A stretch of 33,060 nucleotides of DNA, from NCBI GenBank assembly GCA_963977445.1, contig CAXBPH010000049.1, forward strand, positions 1 to 33,060. The letters are read 5' to 3'. Numbering within the stretch: the stretch's first letter is position 1; each line of letters starts with the position of its first letter. This DNA comes from an uncultured bacterium. GTDB taxonomy: Bacteria > Hydrogenedentota > Hydrogenedentia > Hydrogenedentales > JAEUWI01. Below the pieces are notes generated by a model. It made no database searches. It was not told the DNA's origin and saw only the letters and a program-made list of their open reading frames with translations. Positions 9,032-18,715 of the stretch are shown piece by piece. The translations under genes were made by a program, and so were the position numbers.

Positions 9032-10659
9032 ATGCCCCAACTCATGCGGCACTTCGCCCGCGTAATCGTAAGGTTGCAAAATCGGAAGCCATGGCATCCG
9101 ATTTTAGTGACCATGATACCCCTGTTTGTCAGCGCGTGCGCTCACCTTACGCCAGCGGATCGCGTGCAAGAATCGGAGAATTTACCCGACTCCTTCACGC
9201 TCTATGGGGCCACGGAGGCCACTCCCGAAACGTGGTGGAACAGCTTTAATTCTCCTGAGTTGGATCGGTTGGTATCTTCGGCGCTCGATGGCAATTTCTC
9301 GATAGAGCAGGCCGTAGCCCGTATTAAGCAGGCCAGCGCTGTGGTCGAGCAGACGGGGGCCTTGCGCCGTCCGTCCCTTGGGTACAGCGGTGATGCCGCG
9401 ATAAGCCGTAGGCGCACCGAATTGGGTGGGGAGAATCGCAGATTGACGCCGCCACGCGCCGCTTAAATGGATTGAATACCCTGCTGGGTGCGGCCAATAG
9501 TACCGCCAACGGCAGCAGCCTTCTCACCGGGGTTCAGGCCTATCAACGGAGCCGTGATGGCGTGGCTTCGATCCTTGCCCCCTCTCCGGCGACTGCGGTT
9601 ACGGTGGATACGGATACCTATGGGCTGGGTCTCAGCGCGAGCTATGAAGTGGACCTGTGGGGCCGTTTGCGTGCCGACGAGACCGCTGCGCTGACCAGTT
9701 TTGAAGCCACTCGGGAAGATGCGCACACGATTATGCTCAGTGTTGCCAGTCAGGTCGTGTTGACTTGGCTCGATCTCCTCGAAGTGGGCCAGGTGTTGGA
9801 TGTGGTTCGGGGTCAATTGGAAACCAATAAGACCAATTTGGGACTCATCGAATTACGTTACCGCAGCGGTCTTGCCACGGCCTTGGACGTGTATCAGCAG
9901 CGTCAGGCTATCGCGGAGACAGAATCGGTTCTCCCCCTCTTCGAAGCGCAATATGAGCTGAACAAACATACGCTGGCGATTTTGCTGGGCAAAGCGCCCC
10001 GAACTGATTTGGAACTCACCGAACAGGCCTATGCGTTGCCCGGTGCGCTGCCGGACTATGGGATTCCTGCCGACTTGCTGGCCCGACGGCCTGATGTGCG
10101 TGCTGCAGGGCTTCGACTGCGATCGGCCGATTGGAGTGTGGCTGCGGCACGGGCCGATCGTCTGCCCCGTTTGCAATTGACAGCCAGTCTCAGCAGCGAT
10201 GTGGCGACTTTAGGGGCCCTTTTTGACAACTGGTTTGCCCAACTGGCAGGCAGTGTTACGGGGCCAATTTTTGATGGAGGTCGCCGAAAGGCAGAAGTGG
10301 AGCGAACCCGGGCCGTTGTTGATGAGCGGCTCGCGGCCTACCGCTTGTCCGTTATAACCGCGATTGCCGAAGTGGAAGATGCCCTCGTCCTGATTGATCG
10401 TCAAATCGCTTTTTCCAAGGCATTGGACCTTCAGTTGGAGGCGGCACAAAACAGTCATCGTGAGGCCCTTGGGCGCTATCGAAAAGGACTTACAGATTAC
10501 CTGCCGGTGCTTACGGCACTTCGCAATCGGCAGGGGTTGGAACGAGACGTTGTGGAAGCAAAGCATGACCTGTTGACCTACCGTGTTCAACTGCACCTCG
10601 CATTGGGCGGTGATTGGATGGCTGGTCAATTCGATAGGGTAGAAGGAATGAAAAAATGA
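9032..10659 (+). pseudogene. RND outer-membrane factor lipoprotein (NodT/OprM/TolC family), split by a frameshift near 9428-9431
   Basis: ORF 9032..9466 has lipobox 'FVSAC' and 'WWNSFNSPELDRLV..AL..N'. ORF 9472..10659 continues in another frame with 'SYEVDLWG', 'P.DLLARRPDVRAA', 'LHLALGG.W'. One extra base in the GGGG run joins them. Either a true pseudogene or a sequencing error. Confidence 0.8.
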
Positions 10660-11924
10660 CGCATTCGGGTTCGAATGATACGCCCCCCCGGCATAATACG
10701 GCCGTAGAAATTCTGTTTCTGATGATGAAAGCGATCATACCTCTTGCCATTCTTGGCGGTGGTATCGCCGTGGTCTACATCATGGTGGAGACCGCACCAC
10801 AGCCTCAGAAAGCCCCGCACCACCGTCGCGCGCGTTTGGTTACGGTGGTAGAGGCCGAACGCACGGCCCACCCCCTTCGCGTGGAAGCGTCTGGGAAAGT
10901 ACTGGCTGCCCGCGAAGTGACACTGAACCCCCAGGTGGCGGGTGAAGTAATCGAGGTTAGTCCGGCGCTCGAGCCGGGGGGACATTTCGAGAGTGGCCAG
11001 TTGATAGTGCGGGTCGAGTCCACCGACTACGAGCTTGCGGAAAAAATGCGCCAGGCGGAATTGACTCAAATGGAAGCTCGTCGCGTCATGGAGCAGGCTA
11101 GCCAGGATGTGGCCAAACGGGAATACGACATTCTGGGTGAGTCGCTGAACGACGATGAAAAGGCCCTGGTCTTGCGCGAACCCCAACTTACAGCGGCTTC
11201 GGCCGATGTTTCAGCGGCCCGTGCCATGCTGGAAGATGCCCGCCTCGACCTGCAGCGGACGACCGTGAGTGCGCCCTTTGATGCCCAGGTGGTGGAAAAG
11301 TTTGTTGATCTGGGTACGCGCCTGACTATCCAGACGCCGATTGTGCGTCTGGTGGGTACAGATACGTATTGGATTGACCTCAAAGTGGAGCAGTCGAACC
11401 TGCGTTGGATCAAGTTTCCTGAAGGCGACAAACCGGGTTCTGTGGTCATGATACGGCACCCGAAGATCTGGGGGCCCGATGCGTACCGCGAGGGCCATGT
11501 AATCAGGCTCTTGCCCGATCTTGATTCGGAAGGCAGTATGGCCCGTGTGCTGGTTGCCGTCGATGACCCCCTCGGCCTTAAACCGGAAAATGCCTCCGCA
11601 CCGAAACTGCTCGTGGGTCAGTATATCCAGGCAGAAATCGAAGGCACTATCTTGGACGATATGGTCGTGGTTGATCGGAGCTTGCTGCGGAACGGCGACT
11701 TCGTCTGGATTATGAATGCCGAAAATATGCTGGTTGTTCGGGCGGTGGACATTGCCTACCGAGGATTGGAGGATGCCCTCGTGCGTGGTGGCCTCGAGGA
11801 TGGTGAACGTATCGTTATTACCGATATCGCGACCGTGGCCGAGGGCATGGAACTGCGCTTGGATGGCGATGAAGAAGACTCACCCAAATCAGCCGAAGCC
11901 GTGACCGAAGGGGCTAAATCATGA
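10656..11924 (+). CDS. RND efflux periplasmic adaptor (membrane fusion protein)
   Basis: N-terminal TM segment, 'VTLNPQVAGEV', hairpin, 'L.RTTVSAPFDAQV', 'GGLEDGERIV'. ATGA overlap with both neighbours. Confidence 0.93.
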   Translation: MTHSGSNDTPPRHNTAVEILFLMMKAIIPLAILGGGIAVVYIMVETAPQPQKAPHHRRARLVTVVEAERTAHPLRVEASGKVLAAREVTLNPQVAGEVIEVSPALEPGGHFESGQLIVRVESTDYELAEKMRQAELTQMEARRVMEQASQDVAKREYDILGESLNDDEKALVLREPQLTAASADVSAARAMLEDARLDLQRTTVSAPFDAQVVEKFVDLGTRLTIQTPIVRLVGTDTYWIDLKVEQSNLRWIKFPEGDKPGSVVMIRHPKIWGPDAYREGHVIRLLPDLDSEGSMARVLVAVDDPLGLKPENASAPKLLVGQYIQAEIEGTILDDMVVVDRSLLRNGDFVWIMNAENMLVVRAVDIAYRGLEDALVRGGLEDGERIVITDIATVAEGMELRLDGDEEDSPKSAEAVTEGAKS

Positions 11925-14900
11925 AGACGCCGGACCTGACCGGGCCGATTGCATGGATGGCACGGCATGGGGTGGCACCGAACATCCTGATGGCGGTGTT
12001 CATCATGGGTGGCCTCTTTATGACCACCAAGATCAAGCAGGAAGTCTTTCCGAATTTTGACCTCGATACCGTTACCATTGTTGTCCCTTTTCCGGGGGCA
12101 AGCCCGGAGGAAGTGGAAGAAGGCATCATCCTCGCTATTGAAGAGGAAGTGCGCTCGCTTGACGGGGTAGATGAAGTGCTCGCCGTCGCCTCTGAGGGCC
12201 GTGCGACGGTAACCGTCGAAATACTGCTTGGTGCCGACCCCCAGAAGATTAACCAGGATGTTCAGCAGGCTATTGCTCGAATTCGAGTCTTTCCAGAAGA
12301 CGCGGAAGAGCCCATAATCGCCTTGAGTGTGCGGCGACGCGCCGTTGTCGACTTGCAGATCTATGGTGATGTGGACGAGTGGTCCCTCCGTCAGGCGGCC
12401 GAGCAAGTACGTGATGGGCTGCTTCAACACCCAGATATTTCCCAGGTGGACCTCGAAGGGGTGCGAGATCTGGAAATACACATCGAGATTCCCCAGCACA
12501 CCCTCCGTCAATACGGAATGACACTGAGCGAGGTCGGGCAAATTGTGCGACAGTCTGCTTTCGACCGTTCTGGTGGTAAGGTTGAGACCAGCGCTGGTGA
12601 AATCCTGCTTCGCGTGCAGGAGCGCCGCGACTGGGCCCGGGAGTTCGAGAATATCCCTATTATTTCCTCGAGCGACGGTGCAATTGTACGCCTCGGCGAT
12701 ATTGCCACCATTCGCGAGGGCTTTGAAGACAGCGACACCTACGCAACTTTCGAAGGACAACGTGCCATCGCCATGACGGTCATCCGCGTGGGCGATCAGA
12801 CCCCCATTGGCGTGGCGGAGGGGGTGTACGAGTCCATGCCGCGTATATTGGCGGCATTGCCACCCGAAGTGAATTTTACGGTCGTGGATGACGATTCTGA
12901 GATATATCGTCAACGTCTGGAGTTGCTACTCAAGAATGGTTTGCTTGGCCTGGTGCTCGTCATGTTGACGCTCTCCATGATTCTCGAGTTTCGGCTGGCT
13001 TTCTGGGTGATGATGGGCATCCCGACATCCTTTATGGGTGCGTTGTTGTTTCTGCCCGGTTTGGATATCTCCATCAACATGGTGTCCATGTTTGCCTTCA
13101 TTCTGGCCTTGGGTATTGTCGTGGATGACGCTATCGTGGCGGGCGAAAATATCTACGAATATCGCCAGCGCGGCATGAGCCATATGGAGGCAGCCATACG
13201 GGGTGCCCAGGATATGGCCATTCCAATTTCCTATTCGATTCTCACCAACGTCGTTGCCTTTCTTCCGATTCTCTTCATTCCAGGGATTTTTGGAAAGATA
13301 TGGGCTGTGATTCCCCCCGTGGTAATTATTGCCTTTCTGATTTCCTGGGTCGAAGCCCTATTCATCCTTCCCGCGCACCTTGCCCATGTGAAAGAAGCGG
13401 GTACCCACGGTATTGGCGGAAAGCTGCATGGTATGCAGCAGATGGTGGCCAACGGTTTCACCGTTATCGCAAAACGACTTTATGGTCCCTTCATCGATAT
13501 CGCCGTACGCTGGCGTTATGCCACTATCGCGGTCATGATTGTGATCCTTGCGCTCGTTCTGGCGCTCCCCGGAAGTGGGCGAATGGGTTTTGTGCTCATG
13601 CCTCAAATTGAGAGTGAATATGCCCAGGCAACGGCCACGTTACCGGTCGGCGCTCCCCGTGAACATGTAGATGCTGTCGTTGACCGCCTGGTCGCCTCGG
13701 CACAAGCTGTTCTGGCCGAGAATGGCGGCGAAGCATTGGGTAAGGGGGTGTCGGCGTTGGTCAAGGAGAATGCCATTGAAGTGCGGGCCTATCTCGTGGA
13801 ATCGAGTCTGCGTGACCTCTCCACCGCTCAGGTAACCAACATGTGGCGTGAGCGACTGGGGGGTGAAATGCCTGGACTGGAAACCCTCCGGTTTGCCGCA
13901 GATGCCGGTGGGCCAGGACGGGGACCAAAAGTCTCTATTGAGCTTTCCCACCGGGACGTACCTACGCTGGAGCGTGCTGCGGAAGCCGTGGCGGATCGTC
14001 TGGAAGACTTTGCCGTCGTGAAAGACATTGACGACGGCTATACGCCCGGCAAAACCCAGCTCGATTTCCGCATTACTGACGAAGCAAAGTCTCTCGGGAT
14101 GGATGCCGACAGTATCGCTCGCGCCGTTCGATCGAGTTTCTTTGGCGTGGAAGCCATCCGACAGCAGCGTGGGCGCAACGAAATTACGGTACGCGTTCGA
14201 TTGCCAGAAGCAGAGCGAAACAGCGAATCTAGTCTGGAGAATCTTATCGTGGCCACGCCAGATGGTGGGGAAGTGCCCCTCTATCAGGTTGCCGATGTTA
14301 CGCGCGGTCGGGCCTACACCGATATAAATCGCCGTGATGGCCGCCGTGTTGTGACGGTGACGTCCAACGTGGATCCCGTCAGTGAGACAGGCAAAGTGCT
14401 GGCCGACATGAAGGATATCGTTCTGCCGGAAGTAATGCTGGACTTCCCGGGCCTGAGTTTTTCTTTTGAAGGACGGCAGGCCGATCAACGGGACTCGATG
14501 GTGGCCCTGCGCAATAACTACGTGATTGCACTGGTCATAATCTACGTCTTGCTCGCCATTCCTTTTCGGAGCTATATTCAACCCATTATTGTCATGACGG
14601 CTATTCCTTTCGCGGGGGTAGGCGCTATCCTGGGCCATCTTCTCATGGGCTTTAATCTCTCGGTGATTTCGGTAATGGGAATGATAGCCTTATCCGGCGT
14701 GGTAATTAATGACGCCCTGGTTATGGTCGACTACGCCAACAAACTACGACGGGAGGGATATTCGGCGGCCGAGGCCATCGAAAATGCCGGTATTCGTCGA
14801 TTCAGACCTATCTGGCTTACCACCATGACCACCTTTTGCGGCGTGGGTCCCATGATCTTTGAAACGTCCCGACAGGCCCGTTTTCTCATTCCCATGGCTC

Positions 14901-15079
14901 TATCCCTCGGGTTCGGGATAGTTTTTGCAACGGCGATTACGCTGGTGTTGGTGCCAGCGCTTTACATGGTCGTAGAAGATGCGACGAGTGCAATGCGCTT
15001 TTTCTTGCCGGGATCCCATTCAGATAGTGCTGAGGAGGTCAGCGAAGACGCCCCGGCATCGCCCACGTCTGCGCACTGA
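11921..15079 (+). CDS. RND efflux transporter permease (AcrB/AcrD/AcrF family)
   Basis: 1052 aa; 'PGASPEEVE', TM4 'GIVVDDAIV', 'RFRPIWLTT.TT', two large periplasmic loops. Confidence 0.95.
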   Translation: MKTPDLTGPIAWMARHGVAPNILMAVFIMGGLFMTTKIKQEVFPNFDLDTVTIVVPFPGASPEEVEEGIILAIEEEVRSLDGVDEVLAVASEGRATVTVEILLGADPQKINQDVQQAIARIRVFPEDAEEPIIALSVRRRAVVDLQIYGDVDEWSLRQAAEQVRDGLLQHPDISQVDLEGVRDLEIHIEIPQHTLRQYGMTLSEVGQIVRQSAFDRSGGKVETSAGEILLRVQERRDWAREFENIPIISSSDGAIVRLGDIATIREGFEDSDTYATFEGQRAIAMTVIRVGDQTPIGVAEGVYESMPRILAALPPEVNFTVVDDDSEIYRQRLELLLKNGLLGLVLVMLTLSMILEFRLAFWVMMGIPTSFMGALLFLPGLDISINMVSMFAFILALGIVVDDAIVAGENIYEYRQRGMSHMEAAIRGAQDMAIPISYSILTNVVAFLPILFIPGIFGKIWAVIPPVVIIAFLISWVEALFILPAHLAHVKEAGTHGIGGKLHGMQQMVANGFTVIAKRLYGPFIDIAVRWRYATIAVMIVILALVLALPGSGRMGFVLMPQIESEYAQATATLPVGAPREHVDAVVDRLVASAQAVLAENGGEALGKGVSALVKENAIEVRAYLVESSLRDLSTAQVTNMWRERLGGEMPGLETLRFAADAGGPGRGPKVSIELSHRDVPTLERAAEAVADRLEDFAVVKDIDDGYTPGKTQLDFRITDEAKSLGMDADSIARAVRSSFFGVEAIRQQRGRNEITVRVRLPEAERNSESSLENLIVATPDGGEVPLYQVADVTRGRAYTDINRRDGRRVVTVTSNVDPVSETGKVLADMKDIVLPEVMLDFPGLSFSFEGRQADQRDSMVALRNNYVIALVIIYVLLAIPFRSYIQPIIVMTAIPFAGVGAILGHLLMGFNLSVISVMGMIALSGVVINDALVMVDYANKLRREGYSAAEAIENAGIRRFRPIWLTTMTTFCGVGPMIFETSRQARFLIPMALSLGFGIVFATAITLVLVPALYMVVEDATSAMRFFLPGSHSDSAEEVSEDAPASPTSAH

Positions 15080-15364
15080 GGCTCGCGTGACGAGTTTGTA
15101 AAAATACATCCAATTGTCGTACAACAATGGCCCATGGGTGGCTGGGTCTTCTCGATCGCCGTCATGCTGATTTTTACCTGTTGACGGAGATTAGCGTCTG
15201 CTTGTCAGAAAGTATAGTCTTTGTGCGTACAGGTGCCTCTCCAATCCTTACCGATGACAATGAGGCAGGACGAAGATGCCGGTGCAAATCGAAACAGTCC
15301 TCCGACCCAAGTGTACTGTAGTGTTCCAATAAGGCGACCATGGATCAAAAAGGAATAAAATCAG

Positions 15365-16933
15365 TTGCGGCACGATGAATTTAAGTATGACATTGTGATT
15401 TATGGCGGCACTCCGGCTGGGATTGCCGCCGCCGTAGCCGCGGCGCGCATGGGCCGCTCGGTCGCACTTATTGATACCCATGGGCATTTTGGTGGCATGG
15501 CGGCGAGTGGGCTCGGGAAGAGTGACGTAGAAAATCCCCAATATATTGGCGGGCTCTTTTCCACGTTTACGGCGGGGGTTCGCGCTTACTATGACAGGCG
15601 ATTTGGCTCGGGCTCCAAGGAATCGCAGAGGTGTAAAGACGGTTTCTACTATGAGCCCCATGTGGCCGAGCTTGTATTCGAGGGTATGCTCGCCGAACAC
15701 CCCGGCATAGTGCCCTTCAAGCGCCATCGACTGACGGGGGTGACGGTGGAGACGGGACAACTCAAGGCCATTGCGCTCCTCGATATGGATGGGGATCGCA
15801 CGGTTACGCTGGACGGCAAGGTGTTTCTCGACGCAGGCTACGAAGGCGATCTCTACGCGAAGGCGGGCGCAGGCTTTCGACTGGGGCGGGAAAGTCGCGA
15901 CGTTTTTGAGGAAAGTCTTGCGGGGCATATCTACTATGATTTTGACAATGGCGTTGCCCTGCCGGAGAGTACGGGCGTTGGGGATGACGGGCTACCCGCA
16001 TGGACCTACCGACTATTTCTCTCCACCGACCCCTTTGACAGTGTTTCTATTACGTCACCGCCCGACGACTATGATCGGAAATTGTTCACGCCCTATTTCG
16101 AAGATCTCGAAGCAGGCAGGCTGGGCGGCCCCAAGGTGTTTTACGAAGGCAGAGGCTACTATCCCGCCCATTTCAATACCATGGTTCGGGCCCTCTCTGT
16201 CACACGGATGCCCAATGGAAAAGCCGACGTAAATATTAATCCCCGGCCCCTCGCCTTTCCCTTTCCCGAAGAAAATGCGGGTTATGTGGAAGGGGACTGG
16301 GATACGCGTATGGCCATCGAAAAACGCCATCGGGATTTGTGTCTCGGCCTCCTCTGGTTTCTGCAAAATGACGACGAAGTGCCTGTAGCGGACAGGAACG
16401 TGGCGCGCGAATACCAATTGCCCTGCGATGAGTTTATCGACAATGGCAATTTCCCGTGGCAACTCTACGTGCGTGAAGCCCGAAGGCTCGAAGGTTGTTA
16501 CACGATTACGCAGCACGATGTGTCCGTGGGGGAGGGCGTGCCCCGGGAATTCCAACATGACGACGTTATCGCCATGGGGGAGTTTCCCATAGACAGTTTT
16601 CCCGTGCACAAGCGGCAGCCCGGCGATACAATTGTATTGGAGGGGTATCTTGGCATGTTGGGCCACTTGACCCGGCCCTACAAGATTCCCTACCGCGCCA
16701 TGCTGCCCAAAGAGATTGATGGCCTGATTGTTCCCGGTGCCCTTTCCGCCTCCCACGTCGCCTACTCCTCGATTCGCATGGAGCCGACCTGGATGGCCCT
16801 GGGCCACGCCGCTGGCATCGCTGCTCACCTCGCTATACAGCATGAATGCCCCCCCCGAGCCGTTCCGGTAGAAACGTTGCGAGAAATGCTCCGCGCGCAG
16901 GGGCAGGTGGTAGATCCTCCGTCGAAGTGTTGA
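15365..16933 (+). CDS. FAD-dependent oxidoreductase (FAD_oxidored family)
   Basis: 'DIVIYGGTPAGIAAAVAAAR.G', 'GGM...GL', 'FLDAGYEGDL...AG', 'YVREARR', 'PYKIPYRAM', 'SIRMEPTWMALG'. TTG start after AAGGA. Confidence 0.88.
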   Translation: MRHDEFKYDIVIYGGTPAGIAAAVAAARMGRSVALIDTHGHFGGMAASGLGKSDVENPQYIGGLFSTFTAGVRAYYDRRFGSGSKESQRCKDGFYYEPHVAELVFEGMLAEHPGIVPFKRHRLTGVTVETGQLKAIALLDMDGDRTVTLDGKVFLDAGYEGDLYAKAGAGFRLGRESRDVFEESLAGHIYYDFDNGVALPESTGVGDDGLPAWTYRLFLSTDPFDSVSITSPPDDYDRKLFTPYFEDLEAGRLGGPKVFYEGRGYYPAHFNTMVRALSVTRMPNGKADVNINPRPLAFPFPEENAGYVEGDWDTRMAIEKRHRDLCLGLLWFLQNDDEVPVADRNVAREYQLPCDEFIDNGNFPWQLYVREARRLEGCYTITQHDVSVGEGVPREFQHDDVIAMGEFPIDSFPVHKRQPGDTIVLEGYLGMLGHLTRPYKIPYRAMLPKEIDGLIVPGALSASHVAYSSIRMEPTWMALGHAAGIAAHLAIQHECPPRAVPVETLREMLRAQGQVVDPPSKC

Positions 16934-17188
16934 AGGTTTCGCTCACAGATTTTTCGGAACTTTGTGGCGAGCAGATAATTTAGGCGTTCTGCAGATAGTT
17001 CAATTGTTTTCCATCTCGGTGACTGCTATAGTTTTCTGAGGTCGCAAGGCCCGTGGGATTCTGGTTTTGTCTCGCACGGAAGTGCGCCGGGTTCTACAGA
17101 AATTTTTGATGTGTTTGTGCATGTAGATTGCTGCCCCGTTGCAGGGCTGCGTGTGGCAAACCAAAACAATCTAACGGGAGAGTGGCAT

Positions 17189-18646
17189 ATGTATCGGTAT
17201 TTCACCAAGGGGTTCATAGCCATTGCAATGATATTGGCTGCGGCCGGTTCGGCGCAGGCACAGGGGCCCATCGGCAATGATCAGTATGCCTTTAAGGTAT
17301 ATGCCGTTGATGTAGGCTTCTACCCGATTATTCAGGTCTATTTTCGGACCTGGGACCAGAATCGGGACCCCCTGCAGAATGTAAACTATGCGAATATCGG
17401 GTTGATGGTGAAAGGCCGTAACTACGAGCCCACTATCTTTGATCCTCAGACCCGTCAGACCCAATATACTATCGAGACCCTGCAAAACCGCCAAGAAGGC
17501 TTTCGTACCGTATTGGTCCTCGATTGTAGTCTCTCCATGGCCGGAAAGCCCTTTGCCGACGCCCAGAACGCCCTCATTCGCTATGTGGAGGCCAAACGAC
17601 CGACGGACCAGATTGGGATAATCGCGATACGGGATGAGGCAGAAGGTTTTCAGCTGGTTTCCGGCTTTGAAAAAGACCCCACCTTGCTCTATCAGCGCAT
17701 TTCGGATATCAAGTGTGATGGCAAGAGCACCCGGCTCTACGACGCCATCGCGGGTGCTATCGAAATGAGCGCTTCTGCTTCCCAGGGGGGAACCAGCAAT
17801 GCGAGCAACGAACGGGCCGTATTGAATTCTATCGTGGTCTTTTCCGATGGGCACGACGAAGGCAGCGCGGTGGCCCGTGATGAGCTGATGAATCGTATTG
17901 GACAGATGCCTGTTCCGGTGCCAATTTTTTCACTGGCCTATTCAAAATCCAACACGGAACACTTCCGAAATCTGGAAGCGCTGTCCAAAGGTAGTTTTGG
18001 TCGCTATTGGACCCACACCGATTCTCAGGAGTTGTCCGCCACGGTTCAGAAAATTCATCAGATCAATCGCTCTGACTATGTCGTCAGCTTTCGCTCCTAC
18101 GTGGAGGTGGATGGCGGTAAGCACCCCTTCAAGATCGGCCTGAGCTACCCCTCCAACTCGGGACGTTTCATCTGGGAAGATGGTGTGTTCGAGGCCATCG
18201 ACTCGCCCGCGCAGCATATCCCAGAGACCCGTGATCAGTATATGTACGCTCAGTCGATGATTCCTGTCCTGCCAAATGGATGTCCTTATGTAGGCTGCGA
18301 GGCCCAAACGACGGCAATGCCCGCGCCCGCTCCGGTCCCCGCACCGGCACCGGCACCGCCTGTGGCGGCACCCGTAGCGCCCGAAGCCTTGAGTGTGGAA
18401 CCGGCTCCTGCGGCCAAAGCGAGTGACCAGTCGTCGGATGAGGGTGAGGAGGCGGAGCCCAAGTCATTCCTCGATGAGAACGGTGCACTGCTTGGGCTGG
18501 GTGCCGGTATTCTGGCCCTGTTGATTGCCATATTGAGCTGGGTTCGCGGTGGTGGTGGTCCTAAGGGTGGTGGGGGAACCTCGACGGGTTCCCGGAATTC
18601 AGCGCCTCGTCTGGGTTCTTCCTACGACGTGGATACCCAACTGTAG
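17189..18646 (+). CDS. Exported, C-terminally membrane-anchored von Willebrand factor A (vWA) domain protein
   Basis: SD GGAG then ATG 17189; signal peptide ending 'AQA'; MIDAS 'LDCSLSM' with T ('STRLYDAI') and D ('FSDG'); Pro/Ala linker; TM 'LLGLGAGILALLIAILSWV'; short Gly/Ser/Thr tail. Confidence 0.88.
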   Translation: MYRYFTKGFIAIAMILAAAGSAQAQGPIGNDQYAFKVYAVDVGFYPIIQVYFRTWDQNRDPLQNVNYANIGLMVKGRNYEPTIFDPQTRQTQYTIETLQNRQEGFRTVLVLDCSLSMAGKPFADAQNALIRYVEAKRPTDQIGIIAIRDEAEGFQLVSGFEKDPTLLYQRISDIKCDGKSTRLYDAIAGAIEMSASASQGGTSNASNERAVLNSIVVFSDGHDEGSAVARDELMNRIGQMPVPVPIFSLAYSKSNTEHFRNLEALSKGSFGRYWTHTDSQELSATVQKIHQINRSDYVVSFRSYVEVDGGKHPFKIGLSYPSNSGRFIWEDGVFEAIDSPAQHIPETRDQYMYAQSMIPVLPNGCPYVGCEAQTTAMPAPAPVPAPAPAPPVAAPVAPEALSVEPAPAAKASDQSSDEGEEAEPKSFLDENGALLGLGAGILALLIAILSWVRGGGGPKGGGGTSTGSRNSAPRLGSSYDVDTQL

Positions 18647-18655
18647 CGTTTTGAG

Positions 18656-18690
18656 AAGGGGGGAGGCACCAGCCTCCCCCTTTGGTTTAT
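18656..18690 (+). terminator. Intergenic GC-rich hairpin (terminator/attenuator) between the vWA and FHA-ABC genes
   Basis: AAGGGGGGAGGC-ACCA-GCCTCCCCCTTT followed by GGTTTAT. Confidence 0.6.
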
Positions 18691-18715
18691 GAAGCAGTTA
18701 TTCTAGTGGGGACTT

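Noticed and set aside
11756..14638. Long antisense ORFs (385 aa, 332 aa) inside the RND genes
   Set aside because: Opposite-strand shadows of well-supported genes with no recognisable domains.
15340..15378. Upstream ATG suggesting a second frameshift in the FAD oxidoreductase
   Set aside because: TTG 15365 has its own AAGGA SD and precedes the complete Rossmann motif, so no shift is needed.
17150..17188. GGCAAACC upstream of the vWA gene as a c-di-GMP-I riboswitch or sigma54 site
   Set aside because: Lacks the GAAA-tetraloop stem and second hairpin of the riboswitch, and lacks the GC at -12 needed for sigma54.
18310..18420. GCACCG-type tandem repeats (also about 22810-22880)
   Set aside because: They encode Pro-Ala linkers of the vWA protein and kinase; not independent DNA repeats.
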